A program made the position numbers and the translations under genes. From Phoronis australis (taxonomy: Eukaryota > Animalia > Phoronida), in assembly GCA_002633005.1 (NCBI GenBank), contig NMRA01000011.1, positions 1,090,855 through 1,154,854 of the forward strand: DNA of 64,000 nucleotides, written 5' to 3'. Of the stretch, positions 47,990 through 60,080 are shown piece by piece. Each line of letters opens with the position of its first letter. Positions within the stretch are counted from its first letter, which is position 1. The notes below the pieces were generated by a model. It saw only the letters and a program-made list of their open reading frames with translations. It ran no database searches and was not told the origin of the DNA.

Positions 47990-50900
47990 GTTGGTGAGTT
48001 CTTAAGAACAGTGCTAGAGGTCAGATCAACAGCTTTGCTTTCTTCTTTGCTTAGATGGGACTCTGGTAGCCTACAATCCGCTAATTTGTGGTATACTTGA
48101 CGTATCCATGGGCGGCGCACCATAGGGGGCTAGGGGGCTGTAGCCCCCACTTTTTTCAGTGCTACGCCGCACGTGGTCTATAGGAGGTGGACCGCAGGGG
48201 GGGGGGGCTGAAGGGGCTTTGGCCCCCCCACCTTTTTGCAGTGCTGCGCCGCCCATATCAGATAATCCACCTTAGCTTGTTCAAGTTCCGTTCGTTTTAT
48301 AGACGATTCAGCGACAGTAACGACCTGGATCTGCAGCGATTCCGAGTGTCAATAAAGGTTAACCACAAAGGTCAGGGCTCTTTTGAGCAATCATGTTTCA
48401 TGTTTAGTGATTGTTTGGGCACACTGAGATTCGGCCGACAACATACGCGTGACCTGTGCGATTCTAAATTTCCCACAGTTTTCCTAAAAACCGACAGACA
48501 CCACCAGATGTCTCAGAAGCTGGAAAAAGTCGCTAATAGTCGACGAACCACAGCCGACTTCTATTTGGCATGTGACAAATGCTCAGCCGAGTCCTGGGAC
48601 GCCCAAAGTTTCAGTGGTCCACCTAGACACCTGCAGAGGCCCAGCCAGTCCGAAACACGAATAGAATTTATAATTAAAATGAACTGAGAGTGTCGCAAGA
48701 ACACAAAAAAGCAAGACACCCGTTGAGAGACCAATTACCGGGCCCCTCTCGAAAGTGCTAAAAGATTACTTGGGAAGACATCGTTTTAACCGTTGCTGTG
48801 ACAAGCTAACCACTGAGTTTGTTGCGGTTAGCCAAGCCTGAAATTCCAAAATTGAAAGCAGTGGCGAAATGTCTCTTTAAATTTACATTTCCTAGTAAAA
48901 CCAGTGAAAATGGCAACAAGTCTCAAATGAAAAACAAAAGTAAACTACACACGTATACATGCAGTTCCCCCAAGTGCATTATGCCAGTCTAAAATCATTC
49001 ACAACATTTTTTTACAATATTCCACGAGCCAAATACCTGAAAACGTCAAAAATAATAAACCGGGTGCGCCCACGTCCGAGGCATGATTTTGCTCAAATGG
49101 TGCATGTGCTTAGTTCCGGAAACAGACACATCTTCGAATAGAGGCGCGTGGCCTCAGAACACGCGTATACATGTACGGTAATGCACTATAATTAGTTTTC
49201 ACTCGAAGTGTTCTTGTTTGACTTACTCCTGCAGAGAACAACGACGGGATGGCTATTTGAGCCCCTCGGATTACTAATTTTCACCCCCCCCCCTCCCATC
49301 CGGTCTTCACAATTCCTTCAGTCTCTTGATCGCCACACGTTTTGGGCTACCACACCAGTGCGAGATTAATTCCCTCTCTGAAAATGCCTTTTGACAAGCT
49401 GTCGCAAAGGTTCAGAGCGACATCTAGCGACCATGCTGTTGTTAATATGATCTTTGCAGTTGCGCTGCAGGCGAATTTCAACACAGAATTTCCAACCCAA
49501 CGATGTCTGACACTTGACGAGACCTCTACTCTCGACAGTGAATTTAATCACACCTGACGTCTTCCGGTAGGCTTTACTGTTAAGGTTAGCAAAACGTCGT
49601 CAGCACTTCGCCAAGACTAGTAGACAATATAGTCCAGCAGCAAATTAATGTATTGCATATTTGTATACGGATACTTTCCTAATTGGTCACTCTATGCACT
49701 GCCACATCAGTGATCTGAGAAAGATAAGTATTTAGTCAGACGAAATACGTCAGCCGCCAGTTTCACACTTAATATCAATTTTAGTTTCTTTTTCCTTCCG
49801 TTTTCAATTTAAAATTTTATAGTTTTAATTAGAAGTCGATGAGATCAGCTCTAAACTGCTGGAGTCATTATAAAAATTGTCGGTATGGGTGAATTGGCTC
49901 ACAAGGCCTCAAGTCCATGGGCCAATTTGAAGGACCAGTGGGTGATGTTATTTTTGTCTTTTTCGCTTCCAATTTTAATGGGCGCGTTGGCCCGAGTTAG
50001 CAATCACAGTGCGTCAATGAAAATATTTTTGCGCCAATGACACGGGGCGCGCTTTTTTGTAACATTTATACAAGGACTTCAGGCTTTTACCAACGCGCGA
50101 GATAGTGAATGCTACGTCACTAATCAGAGCCTTAGTGGACTCAGTTCAGGTAAATCCCTGAGCTGTCCCATTTGATGACTAGAGTTGAACTTGTGTCCCT
50201 ACGCACATAAATAGCGCACTGATTGCAAAAGACAGTCCGTGTTTGACATGTTACCTCCTTGTCTGCCTACTCGGTAGCGCCCAAGCTGCAAGCACGCACG
50301 TCAAAGTCTTCACGACAACCCAACATACATGTATCCGGAAAAGTCGTAACGAATTGGTCGAGTTAGTGAAGATGGTAAAGGCAAAACATTTGTTCTACTT
50401 CACCGTGTATCATACTGTCCATTGAATGGTTAGCCGACATGTACAAATAATTTGCCGAGGTTGGGACACAAAGAGCCTGTCTCACTAAAACGTCGTAACA
50501 TTACAACTGTCTTTTTAACTGACGCCATAATTTCAAATTAACCTGTGCTTCGATCGACATGTAAGTTCACGGGTTTTCTGAATTAAACGTCTCGCTTATA
50601 CCAGTATAAAGTCTCAGAAAAGAAGCGACAACTTAGCTTCCAGTATGGGCTAAAAGTTCGTCCTTAGAATTGAGTTCTCGATCATGCATCGCATAAGATG
50701 TAAGACCAATACAAATACAAACTTAATTTCAAACTTATCGTATGGTAAGGCTCACTTATTGAGCAACATATGTTTTCAAAAATCCCATCGTAAGGCCTTC
50801 AGTACTCGTTACATCAGCTAGAACTACAACTGTTCACAACATGGTCAATTTGAAAAACAATCTCTGAAATAAGAATTTAGCAACAAACAATTAAACAAGT

Positions 50901-53734
50901 AATAACATACGCACAAGAACAGCATGCTAAAAATGAGCACGTCAGGTCTACGGATATTATCATGTCTTCAAGCAGGTACAGATGATGCCTTGAAAACACA
51001 AGGCAGAAGTATGTGAACGATTCTCTTACTGTTTCACTCCATTCCGGCGCAAACTTTCACGTGACGAGCTCGCAAAATTGCAGAAAATTTAAAAATGTTT
51101 CTACAACTTTTTGCGATGGTAAATTCGCTTACCAGACATGGTTTCAGGTTATAATTATTAATGACTCATTGCGGACCAGTAAAACGTTCAATTTCAGAAA
51201 CGTACTATTTTCTCATGTGATGTCCAGGTAACAAATTCAACTGTCGACCATGAAACACTAATGTGACGTTTCGAGAGTTTTACTTACGTCTGCAGATTAA
51301 AATAAGCGATTAAAGCAAAATAAGACGCGTTTACTCCTCAGCCGATACATTAGAAACAATAAACTGAAATTCGTAAAAAAACAACTTCAGATTTTTCATG
51401 TCGCGACTCGTAAAACATTTGCATTAGCTATTACCACGTAAGCAGACTTCGAGAAATAAGTAAGCCTTAGGATATGACGATCAAGCTGTTATTGGCAGAT
51501 AGCTGTGACCGGGTTACCAGCTCATACCGTAACCTGGATACTATGCCAGTGCGTGATGGGAATCAGACCCTGTAATGACGCTTGTTTCGATCAATCAACG
51601 CTGTGATTTAATCTGAAACTTGAAATAAGAAATCGTCTGGCACCACCCGAACTGCTTCTCAGACTCGACCATGGATGGATTGCGTCTGACCACAAATGTA
51701 CGCGAAACGGTTAAACGAAGGTCACCTACACCAATACAAGAGACTTACTTCTAGAGACTGTCACGACGAGTTTTGGCACTTCAATTTTCGAGACGGAACC
51801 ATTACGACGGCACTCACTGCACGCTGCTGAACATGATTGAAGAGACGTCAGGTTTACTAGGTGCGGTTCGACTTTGAATAGAACCGAAACAATAATAACA
51901 GCGTCGCTCCATGTAACCACGATGTCACGACAAACGTGATGACTCACCGCCACAATATGAAAACGTCACAATCGCAATGACGACGCAGTAAAGATAGCAT
52001 TTCTATACTTACTTCAATCCGCGCTAACAACTTGAGGCCATAGAAAGGTCGCGGTGTATGATGGCAGTGGTACACTGACACTGTGTGCCCCAACAGACTG
52101 GTCATGAACGACATTTGGCATATGTAATTCTAGCACGCGCCGGTGCAATCAGTATTAAGTTACATACTCATGATGACATGAAGAGTTTATCTGTCATCCT
52201 GGAGGGGTGTTGGGTAGCCAGTGGTGATGGACGAGTTCATTTCTCAAAAATTCTCATCACACGACTAGTTCAAAAAGTGACAAAAGAAATGCTTTTGTTA
52301 CATACGACTGTTGTCTGTTGAATGCGTAACGATATATTTTTTATTCTTGCAATTCTATATGCTGAGACAAATGACCAATTAACAAGATTTTTGACCACAT
52401 TCTTAGAACATTGACGGAAAATTGAAGTATTTGCACTCATAATCAAAAACAGGAGTGCTGGATTGAACAAGTCTCGAGAACATGTGGCCGTCTTACCCTG
52501 GAAACACCTGCCCACACGTGTAACGAGTGATGCGCTTGAGTAAAAATCGTCTCGTCAACAGAATGTGTCAAACGCCAGAGCTGACGATCTGTCACAAAAC
52601 AACAAAGAGCAATTCATTGGTTAAAACGCAAATGAGACATACATCTTGTCAAAGATATTGTCTCGTCTGCTTCTACGGCTGCATTTTAGACGCTTACGAT
52701 ACGACAGCCCTCTCTTGCTCAAAATGCAGTCGTAACAGGAACTCTCAACGACGATGGCGGTCGACAAGAACGTGCCTCGCTATTGTGCATTTACCTGAAA
52801 GCAAATATTTCCGGATTTCTCATATCCACATCCCCTACCTTGTTAAAATGTAATACGGTTTTTATATCTGTGATAACAATGCTCCCTTCTATAATTTATA
52901 AGCCTTGTAGGCGGAACGGACACGATTGTTTGCTAAGGCAGTTTTGACTGTGGCTTGTCAAGAATTGTCTCCATGGCGACATGATGACGGAAAGCTTGCT
53001 TTATCAATTGTGACGTCGACATGGAGTGTAATGAAATAAGTCCGTTAATTTGTTTTTATCGATAACTGTGTAGACCGACTATATGTTACAGCAGACATTT
53101 TCATAATCTTTGATGGTGAGTTAAACCGCGGATCACAACCTTATAAAAGGTTATTGCCTCCGTGGTAAGCTCTCGTCGGAATACAACTACTGTGGTCAGT
53201 CGGCTTACGCGTACTATTATTTACTATGAAATTCAAATATTCGATAAATTAAGCTTTTAAAACGTTTTTTTATTTAAAGGAGTGCAAACTCACCTCCCGT
53301 CACAAAATGACATTTGGTTTAGAATTGTTATTCGGAGTGTTATGAAAGTGTTCGCAGTTTATTCCTTAGTCAAATTAGAAGCGATTTCTGAACTCGGAAA
53401 GAACTAGCAGTTCGTTATTGCTTGAGGCCGCACTACAAAAGACTTGTCACGGCAGGCTATTTCAAACCTCCAGCTTGGTCTTAAGCAATAGTGGACTGTT
53501 CAGGAACCACTTCTAATATGAGTTAAGAACAAGTTGAGATGAGGCCTAAAGCAGAAAGACGACTAAATTATAAGTCATTTACTTTGACGGCTCGCGGGAA
53601 TCTAGACGCCATCAGCAAACATTTCATTGTGAAAACTGATGCCTGTATTCGGCTCCCTGAGTCGCCCTGTCTGCACACTACGATTTTTCTTGGCGATTCC
53701 GTACTGCGACTATCGTATCGGCTTAATTACGACT

Positions 53735-55006
53735 AACAAGAGTGTAGACAGGTGCTTCGATACGACTTTTCTTTCTAAGCCTACGGGAAGTCGTTTTGAA
53801 CTTTTTAGCTCGAAAAATCATGTCCGAACTCCTGTCTGCCAATTCCGATTAATATGGTATGCGACGAGTCCGTACACGAAAAATTGGAGAGTAATTGACC
53901 ATATAGTTATGTAACAGTGGAAATCGATTGCAGGCGACACTTCAATGTTCCACCCTGAGCAGAAAAAAGGCGAGCACTAGTGGCGCCTTCTATTGACAGT
54001 AATCACCCCCTCTTGCCGTAACATTATTTCCCAGTGCTACCTGTAACTAATTATTTACAGACAGTGTTAGGGGGCGCACTACAGTTATTACAGGGTTTTG
54101 GCTGCCGACGCACACCGAAGTAGAGATGAGTCCTTTCCTGACGTCCTAATCAAGAGTCTGAAAAAAGCAAAGGGTTTTGTAGCGTTCCCAACTCACAATC
54201 ACTACTCATGATAACTGAAATTTAATTACGCTACAGATTTTTAAACGGTTAATTCACATTGGAAAAAAATCCCGACACACAAAAATATTACCAAAAACAT
54301 CAAATTTGACAGTTTTCTCCCAAAAATTACCACTTGCCTGCAAGTGCAAGAAAAATCTGACTACAGATTCAACAAGAGTGTAGACAGGTGCTTCGATACG
54401 ACTTTTCTTTCTAAGCCTACGGGAAGTCGTTTTGAACTTTTTAGCTCGAAAAATCATGTCCGAACTCCTGTCTGCCAATTCCGATTAATATGGTATGCGA
54501 CGAGTCCGTACACGAAAAATTGGAGAGTAATTGACCATATAGTTATGTAACAGTGGAAATCGATTGCAGGCGACACTTCAATGTTCCACCCTGAGCAGAA
54601 AAAAGGCGAGCACTAGTGGCGCCTTCTATTGACAGTAATCACCCCCTCTTGCCGTAACATTATTTCCCAGTGCTACCTGTAACTAATTATTTACAGACAG
54701 GGTTAGGGGGCGCACTACAGTTATTACAGGGTTTTGGCTGCCGACGCACACCGAAGTAGAGATGAGTCCTTTCCTGACGTCCTAATCAAGAGTCTGAAAA
54801 AAGCAAAGGGTTTTGTAGCGTTCCCAACTCACAATCACTACTCATGATAACTGAAACTTAATTACGCTACAGATTTTTAAACGGTTAATTCACATTGGAA
54901 AAAAATCCCGACACACAAAAATATTACCAAAAACATCAAATTTGACAGTTTTCTCCCAAAAATTACCACTTGCCTGCAAGTGCAAGAAAAATCTGACTAC
55001 AGATTC
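53735..55006. repeat. 636-bp head-to-tail tandem duplication
   Basis: 53735-54370 matches 54371-55006; I see only two substitutions; no n at the junction. Confidence 0.9.
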
Positions 55007-56034
55007 AGAATGCTCGTCCTCTCTAGATTATAAAAATGTGGTCATAGTATGCCTCTTACCAGCTACTTTTTTGGCAATTTTAATCTGTTTGACAGCCACC
55101 TGAAATCGCGCCCGGTTTCTCAGACACGGGTTGAAAGCAAATGGCAGCCACCATTTTGCATCAAAAGTACGTCATGGCGTATTTTGTATTGTCGTTTGAC
55201 TTTCTGACGTGCGCTTAGACTCAGCAATATATTTAGCATCGGATTTAAAAAATAAGTCTTTTTCTGCTTATATCTCTTTGATTAGTGCGTCACAAATTTG
55301 GGAACATCAGCTGAAGTCCAGCTGAAAACCGAAATCTCCTCAAACTGAAATGAATCAAGTCAACCGCGTGACTCGATCCCTTGAAGTAATTAACTTAAAT
55401 TCAATCCAATCCGTGATAATTAGGAACGCAAACTGACCGTATTAAAGAAAGAAAAGTCACAAAGGCTCCAGCCCAAGAGATGAACGAAAAGAAAGATTTT
55501 TTAAAGATGGAGCTGCAAGGAGCTTTAGGGGGCTACACCGTGGACGGGGTATGTTTACGAAACGCGAGTGAACGCCGGGGTCGGACACAGTTTTAAATTA
55601 TCATTGATTTTTTGTTTAAAATTTTGATATTTTGTATTTTGGTGTTGCGTGGTACAAGTCTGCATAACAAAGTGAAGGTCTCCGAGTCCGAATTACTTTT
55701 TCCGTTGCAGCTGCCTAAACGGTGCTCCAACAAAAAAATGCAAAATTTATGTGGGTTATTGAAAAGCCACCTCTAATTACATTAATTCGTTCAACATTCT
55801 ATTCCGACACACGTGGCCGTTTGTTTCATTATATTTTAAAAAAAGCATCAAGTCGACCCATGTACTCTGAGACCCAGACACGGTATTCCGTGTATTAGGA
55901 TACCTCCACTGCCAGACATAGTGTAGAATGCCGCGGCAGAGTTGGTTTCCTTACACGCAAAACTCGCGAAAGAAGCTAGTGTGATCAGAAACTTCGTTCA
56001 TTATAAATGGGGAAATCTCCCGACGCTTTGCGTG

Positions 56035-56190
56035 CAGGGGCGGATCCAGCATTTTGAGTTAGGGGGCCAGGGCAGAAAATTAGCCAGGATTTTGACCGTC
56101 AGACATTCGCACCCCCATACTGCCAAATGGAATCTGGGAGAATTTTAGGGGGGCCATGGCCCCCTTGGCCCCCCTCTAAATCCGCCACTG
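56035..56190 (+). mobile_element. ~156-bp MITE with CAG termini and 5-bp TSD (GCGTG)
   Basis: gcgtg|caggggcggatccag...ctaaatccgccactg|gcgtg. Confidence 0.8.
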
Positions 56191-56737
56191 GCGTGATCTT
56201 ACGCTCGCGAAATTCTTGCTTTTACAGAACGCATAATTTAATAACAAACAATAGATGGCACTGTTCTATTACATGAGAATATCAGAGCTCACCAACACAG
56301 TCCGAACTAGGTATTCTGTCTGTGTCAGTACCATTCGTAAACCAAATAGGTAGTTCTGACATGTCATTGAAGCTATATTTCCAGCCCAGCAAGAGAAAAT
56401 GTAAACACTATGATCGCCCTCCACCTTGGTCTACAGACATTCGTTCCTACTGAAATCAGATGCTTTTTGGATGAGTTTGCGTCATGTACACTTAAGGTGC
56501 AAATCAACGATTTACGGAGAACAAACAAGAAAAAATCTTTGGTGCATAAAAGCATGCAGTAGACGTCACGATCATCTGAAATTACGTCCGGTAACATAGA
56601 TCAGAATTGACCAATCTTTCTGAAAGTAAAATTAATTCGCCTTCCTAATGTGACGCAAAATTTAATGTTTTTCTGTATTACACTATCTGATATGAATTTG
56701 TGTATCTTGAACCGGCGTGAAAGTATAAATCGCAAAC

Positions 56738-56895
56738 GTCTGGTTTGCACGCCCCCTGTTGGCCACATCACGTGACCTAATGAACATAAGTCTGAAAAGA
56801 TTTCTGTTCCGGATTCGAGTTCCGGTCGGGGCAGAAATCCTTTCAGACTTCATTAGGTCACGTGATGTGGCCAACAGGGGGCGTGCAGACCAGAC
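56738..56895. mobile_element. Palindromic (foldback) MITE
   Basis: About 65-bp near-perfect inverted arms gtctggtttgcacgccccctgttggccacatcacgtgacctaatgaa. Confidence 0.8.
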
Positions 56896-59584
56896 CTAAG
56901 AAAGTTTGTGACACTATATGTTGAGACTAAAATTTAGCTAACAATAAAAATGTGGAACATTTTTTGGTTAGAATGTGACTTTATGAAACCATAGACTGTA
57001 GTTCATGGACCGCCAACTCCGTATACTTTCAATGGACGAAATCTGTGCTGTTTCGCACAACGTTACGTCATTATTCACTAGCGACACCTGGCCCAATTAT
57101 CTGGTGTTATTTCCGGCAAGTACGTCGTCTGCTAATTTTGGTCGGCTGTTGTGTGGTCGGGTGGTAGTAGCATTGCTAAAAGTACTCACGATACCAACAT
57201 TACTATTTTGAGATTTTGAACGGCGTTTGAATGCCGAAATTATTATTTTGTTTTCATTGTACTCGACAGTAAAACATATGCGAGAATTTCCCGTCACAAT
57301 ACACTAACCAGAAAATGAATCAGATAATTTAGGAGAGTGGCGCCGCCTCTAGGATAGTGCGGAAGAAAATGTCTATAATCTATGATGAAACGTGACCTCT
57401 CCGACAAGACCCCTGCATTCTTATTTCCATGGGGCAAACTACAAGTGACCACCAACAAAACTTTGCGCTGTCTAATCGTGTCAAGACAGTTCTTCTTCAC
57501 CAGCCAAGGAATAGCTTAGATAGCGTGCCCAGTGTCAAGCACGATACTAGCAGTTTCAATCGATCATTCAGCTGAATGAAACTCTAATGACGTGAATCTG
57601 TGAGTATTCGTGGCTCAAAAGGCACGTGAAATCATAGGCGTGTATATCTTCCAACAGGACGCTTTGTGATTGTACGGCTCCGCGGCTGTAACACGTATCA
57701 CTAGAAATCTATCCATGTGCATATTTTCATTATCCACAACCCTCCAAACTGACTTGAAGAATCATTAGGGTGATACCTACTCTCAACTATTCAAAAGGTT
57801 CCTTCAGATAGTCGCCCCTGTTATGTGACGAATTTGTTCACTGCAATTTTCTTTGTAAGTCCTTTTGTAACACTTCCTCATCTCTATAGTTCATCTTTTC
57901 TGTCATGTTATGCGACGAATTAGTTACTTGGAAATAGTTGTTTTTCTAATAAAAATGTGGCATTTATGTCGCGAATACTTAAAAACCTAAAGGTTAGAAA
58001 TAGCGGAATCAATAAGTGTTTGCGATTTCTGTATCAGTCATGTCATTATCTGAAATATGATCATAACAGTGAGATGTTTTGTTTCTTTCGATTTTGCCGT
58101 GAAATTGCTGTCAACGTGACATATAAATCGACCAGCGTTCGCATCATCCAAAGTCCACAAAAATTACACCTTTATAGAGATTTACAGATTACTTTAAAAA
58201 TCAGTGTACGAGATAAGTACTTATCGTTCACCAGCCTCTTTCAAGGAAATCTGTATCCCCGATTTCAATGTGCAAGCATTTCAACCGGAGTTATGTGCTT
58301 TTGCTACAACATTTATGGCGTCATGCTCGAGTTATTGTTGGATTTCAGGTTCGCGACTGAGTGAGCAACTGTTCGTTTGTGTATGTGTGTGAAACATTTT
58401 CTGCTGTAAAGTACGTGATGTAGCAGTATATTTTTATACTTTATTGTTGTTGGAATGACGGTCGTAAGTCTTACACAATGTGTTTTAGAAGCACTAATTT
58501 TGGTTTCACATAAAAAATGTTCCATTAAAGCACACAGTTAGCTGCAATTACCGCAAACGATGACATAAAACAGATTAGACGTGTATTCGTGGAATCTTAG
58601 AATGTCATTTGTGGCAATACGGAGTATTCATCACGATAAATTTTCCGAAATCTAAAACACTTCAGAGACACATAGCTTGTATAGCAAACTACCACCATTT
58701 CTACAATCACAGGACGATGCTAGCTCGCAGCCACTTCATACACTCAAAATGATACAAGAAACTACATGTCCGCTCAGTTTTGATTCTATGGCATCCAAGA
58801 TCTGTTTAGATGTTAAGTACCGGTATGTGTCGGAGACGTGTTATAGCTCCGTGCATGGACTGTGCAAGGGTTTCAGGACTGTTTGAGGTCCGGTTTCATG
58901 TATAGAGTCAGTGGACCAACTGAGCTGGGTTTCATGGGTGCTTTTACCTGACAAGTTTGTTTTAATGATTCCTCCTAATTCATAAGTGAACTTTCCGAAT
59001 TTAAAAAAAATCCCGGATTAATAGCTGGTAAAAACGATAAATTGTTGAAATTTAGCGTTCTTGTACATTGCATCAATATTGCTGAAAATTATTGCATCAG
59101 GCATGGTAACTGGCACGTTTAAACACTGTTGATAACATTGAATAAAAGAAAGGAACACAAAAACAGAAAAGAAGCTTTTTGAAGACGCAACACTTCCATC
59201 TAATGGTAAAATATAAAACTTCATTTAATTGAAACTTTGGAATTTAAAACACAGGATGAAAAACGTATTTCATTGGGATTCTTTTCATAAACAGATTTAA
59301 GATCTGTAACTTAGGTTTAACCGTTTAAACGCTACTTAAAATTAAGTAGTCTACACATGGGTTTCCGACACTGGTGCCCACGATATATTCAATCTGCACA
59401 TAACACGGGTATCAGAAATAAATTTCTCATGGTGTGATTGGCAAGGGCTGTTGTTTACAGCGCCATCTACTGTTCAACGTATGTGGCAGTTTAATCAATA
59501 AAAACTTGTCTCGAGAAACTAGTTACTTATCACGGTTCCTCTAGAAACCGTTAGCTTCAGTAGGGTTTGTCAATAGCCTCGTCC

Positions 59585-60080
59585 TCAAGTCTCAAGATGG
59601 CACTGATTGCTTTACCCAACTGAGACTTGATGAGGAAAAATCGCAGGGATATCACGATTGCTGTTAAGTTGTATCAACTCTGAGATTTGCTGTATTATAA
59701 TACAAAAAATCAAAATGAGCGGTATTTATGCAGAAGCTTAGGTTTCAAATTATTTAAAAAATTATGTATTTGAATTCAAAAGCAGGATGATTTCTAAGGT
59801 AAATTTAAATAAAACAGAATTGACAATAAGTACGATAGCACCTTTATTTCAAACAATAACGAAATAAAGTCAAGTTAAATCTGCCTTTGGATCTGATTTA
59901 GTTTCTGAAAGAAAATACTCAAATTAATCTCATCAAAGAAGTGGGACAAGAACTGGTATTTAAGCACTCAGTGATTCAAATGTTTGAAGGTTTCTTGTGT
60001 CGCTCTTGTCAGTCGTCTACTGCCAATCAGCGCGCAGAAGGGATACCTCCTCACCAAGCCTCAAATGGCTAAACCGATCA
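59585..60080. mobile_element. Same MITE family, copy 2 (opposite orientation)
   Basis: Reverse complement matches about 45425-46020 (e.g. ggtttcttgtgtcgctcttgtcag, tgccaatcagcgcgcagaag). Confidence 0.75.

Noticed and set aside
48187-48687. 166-aa ORF
   Set aside because: Starts at a non-ATG codon inside a G/C-rich MITE; no domain features or splice support.
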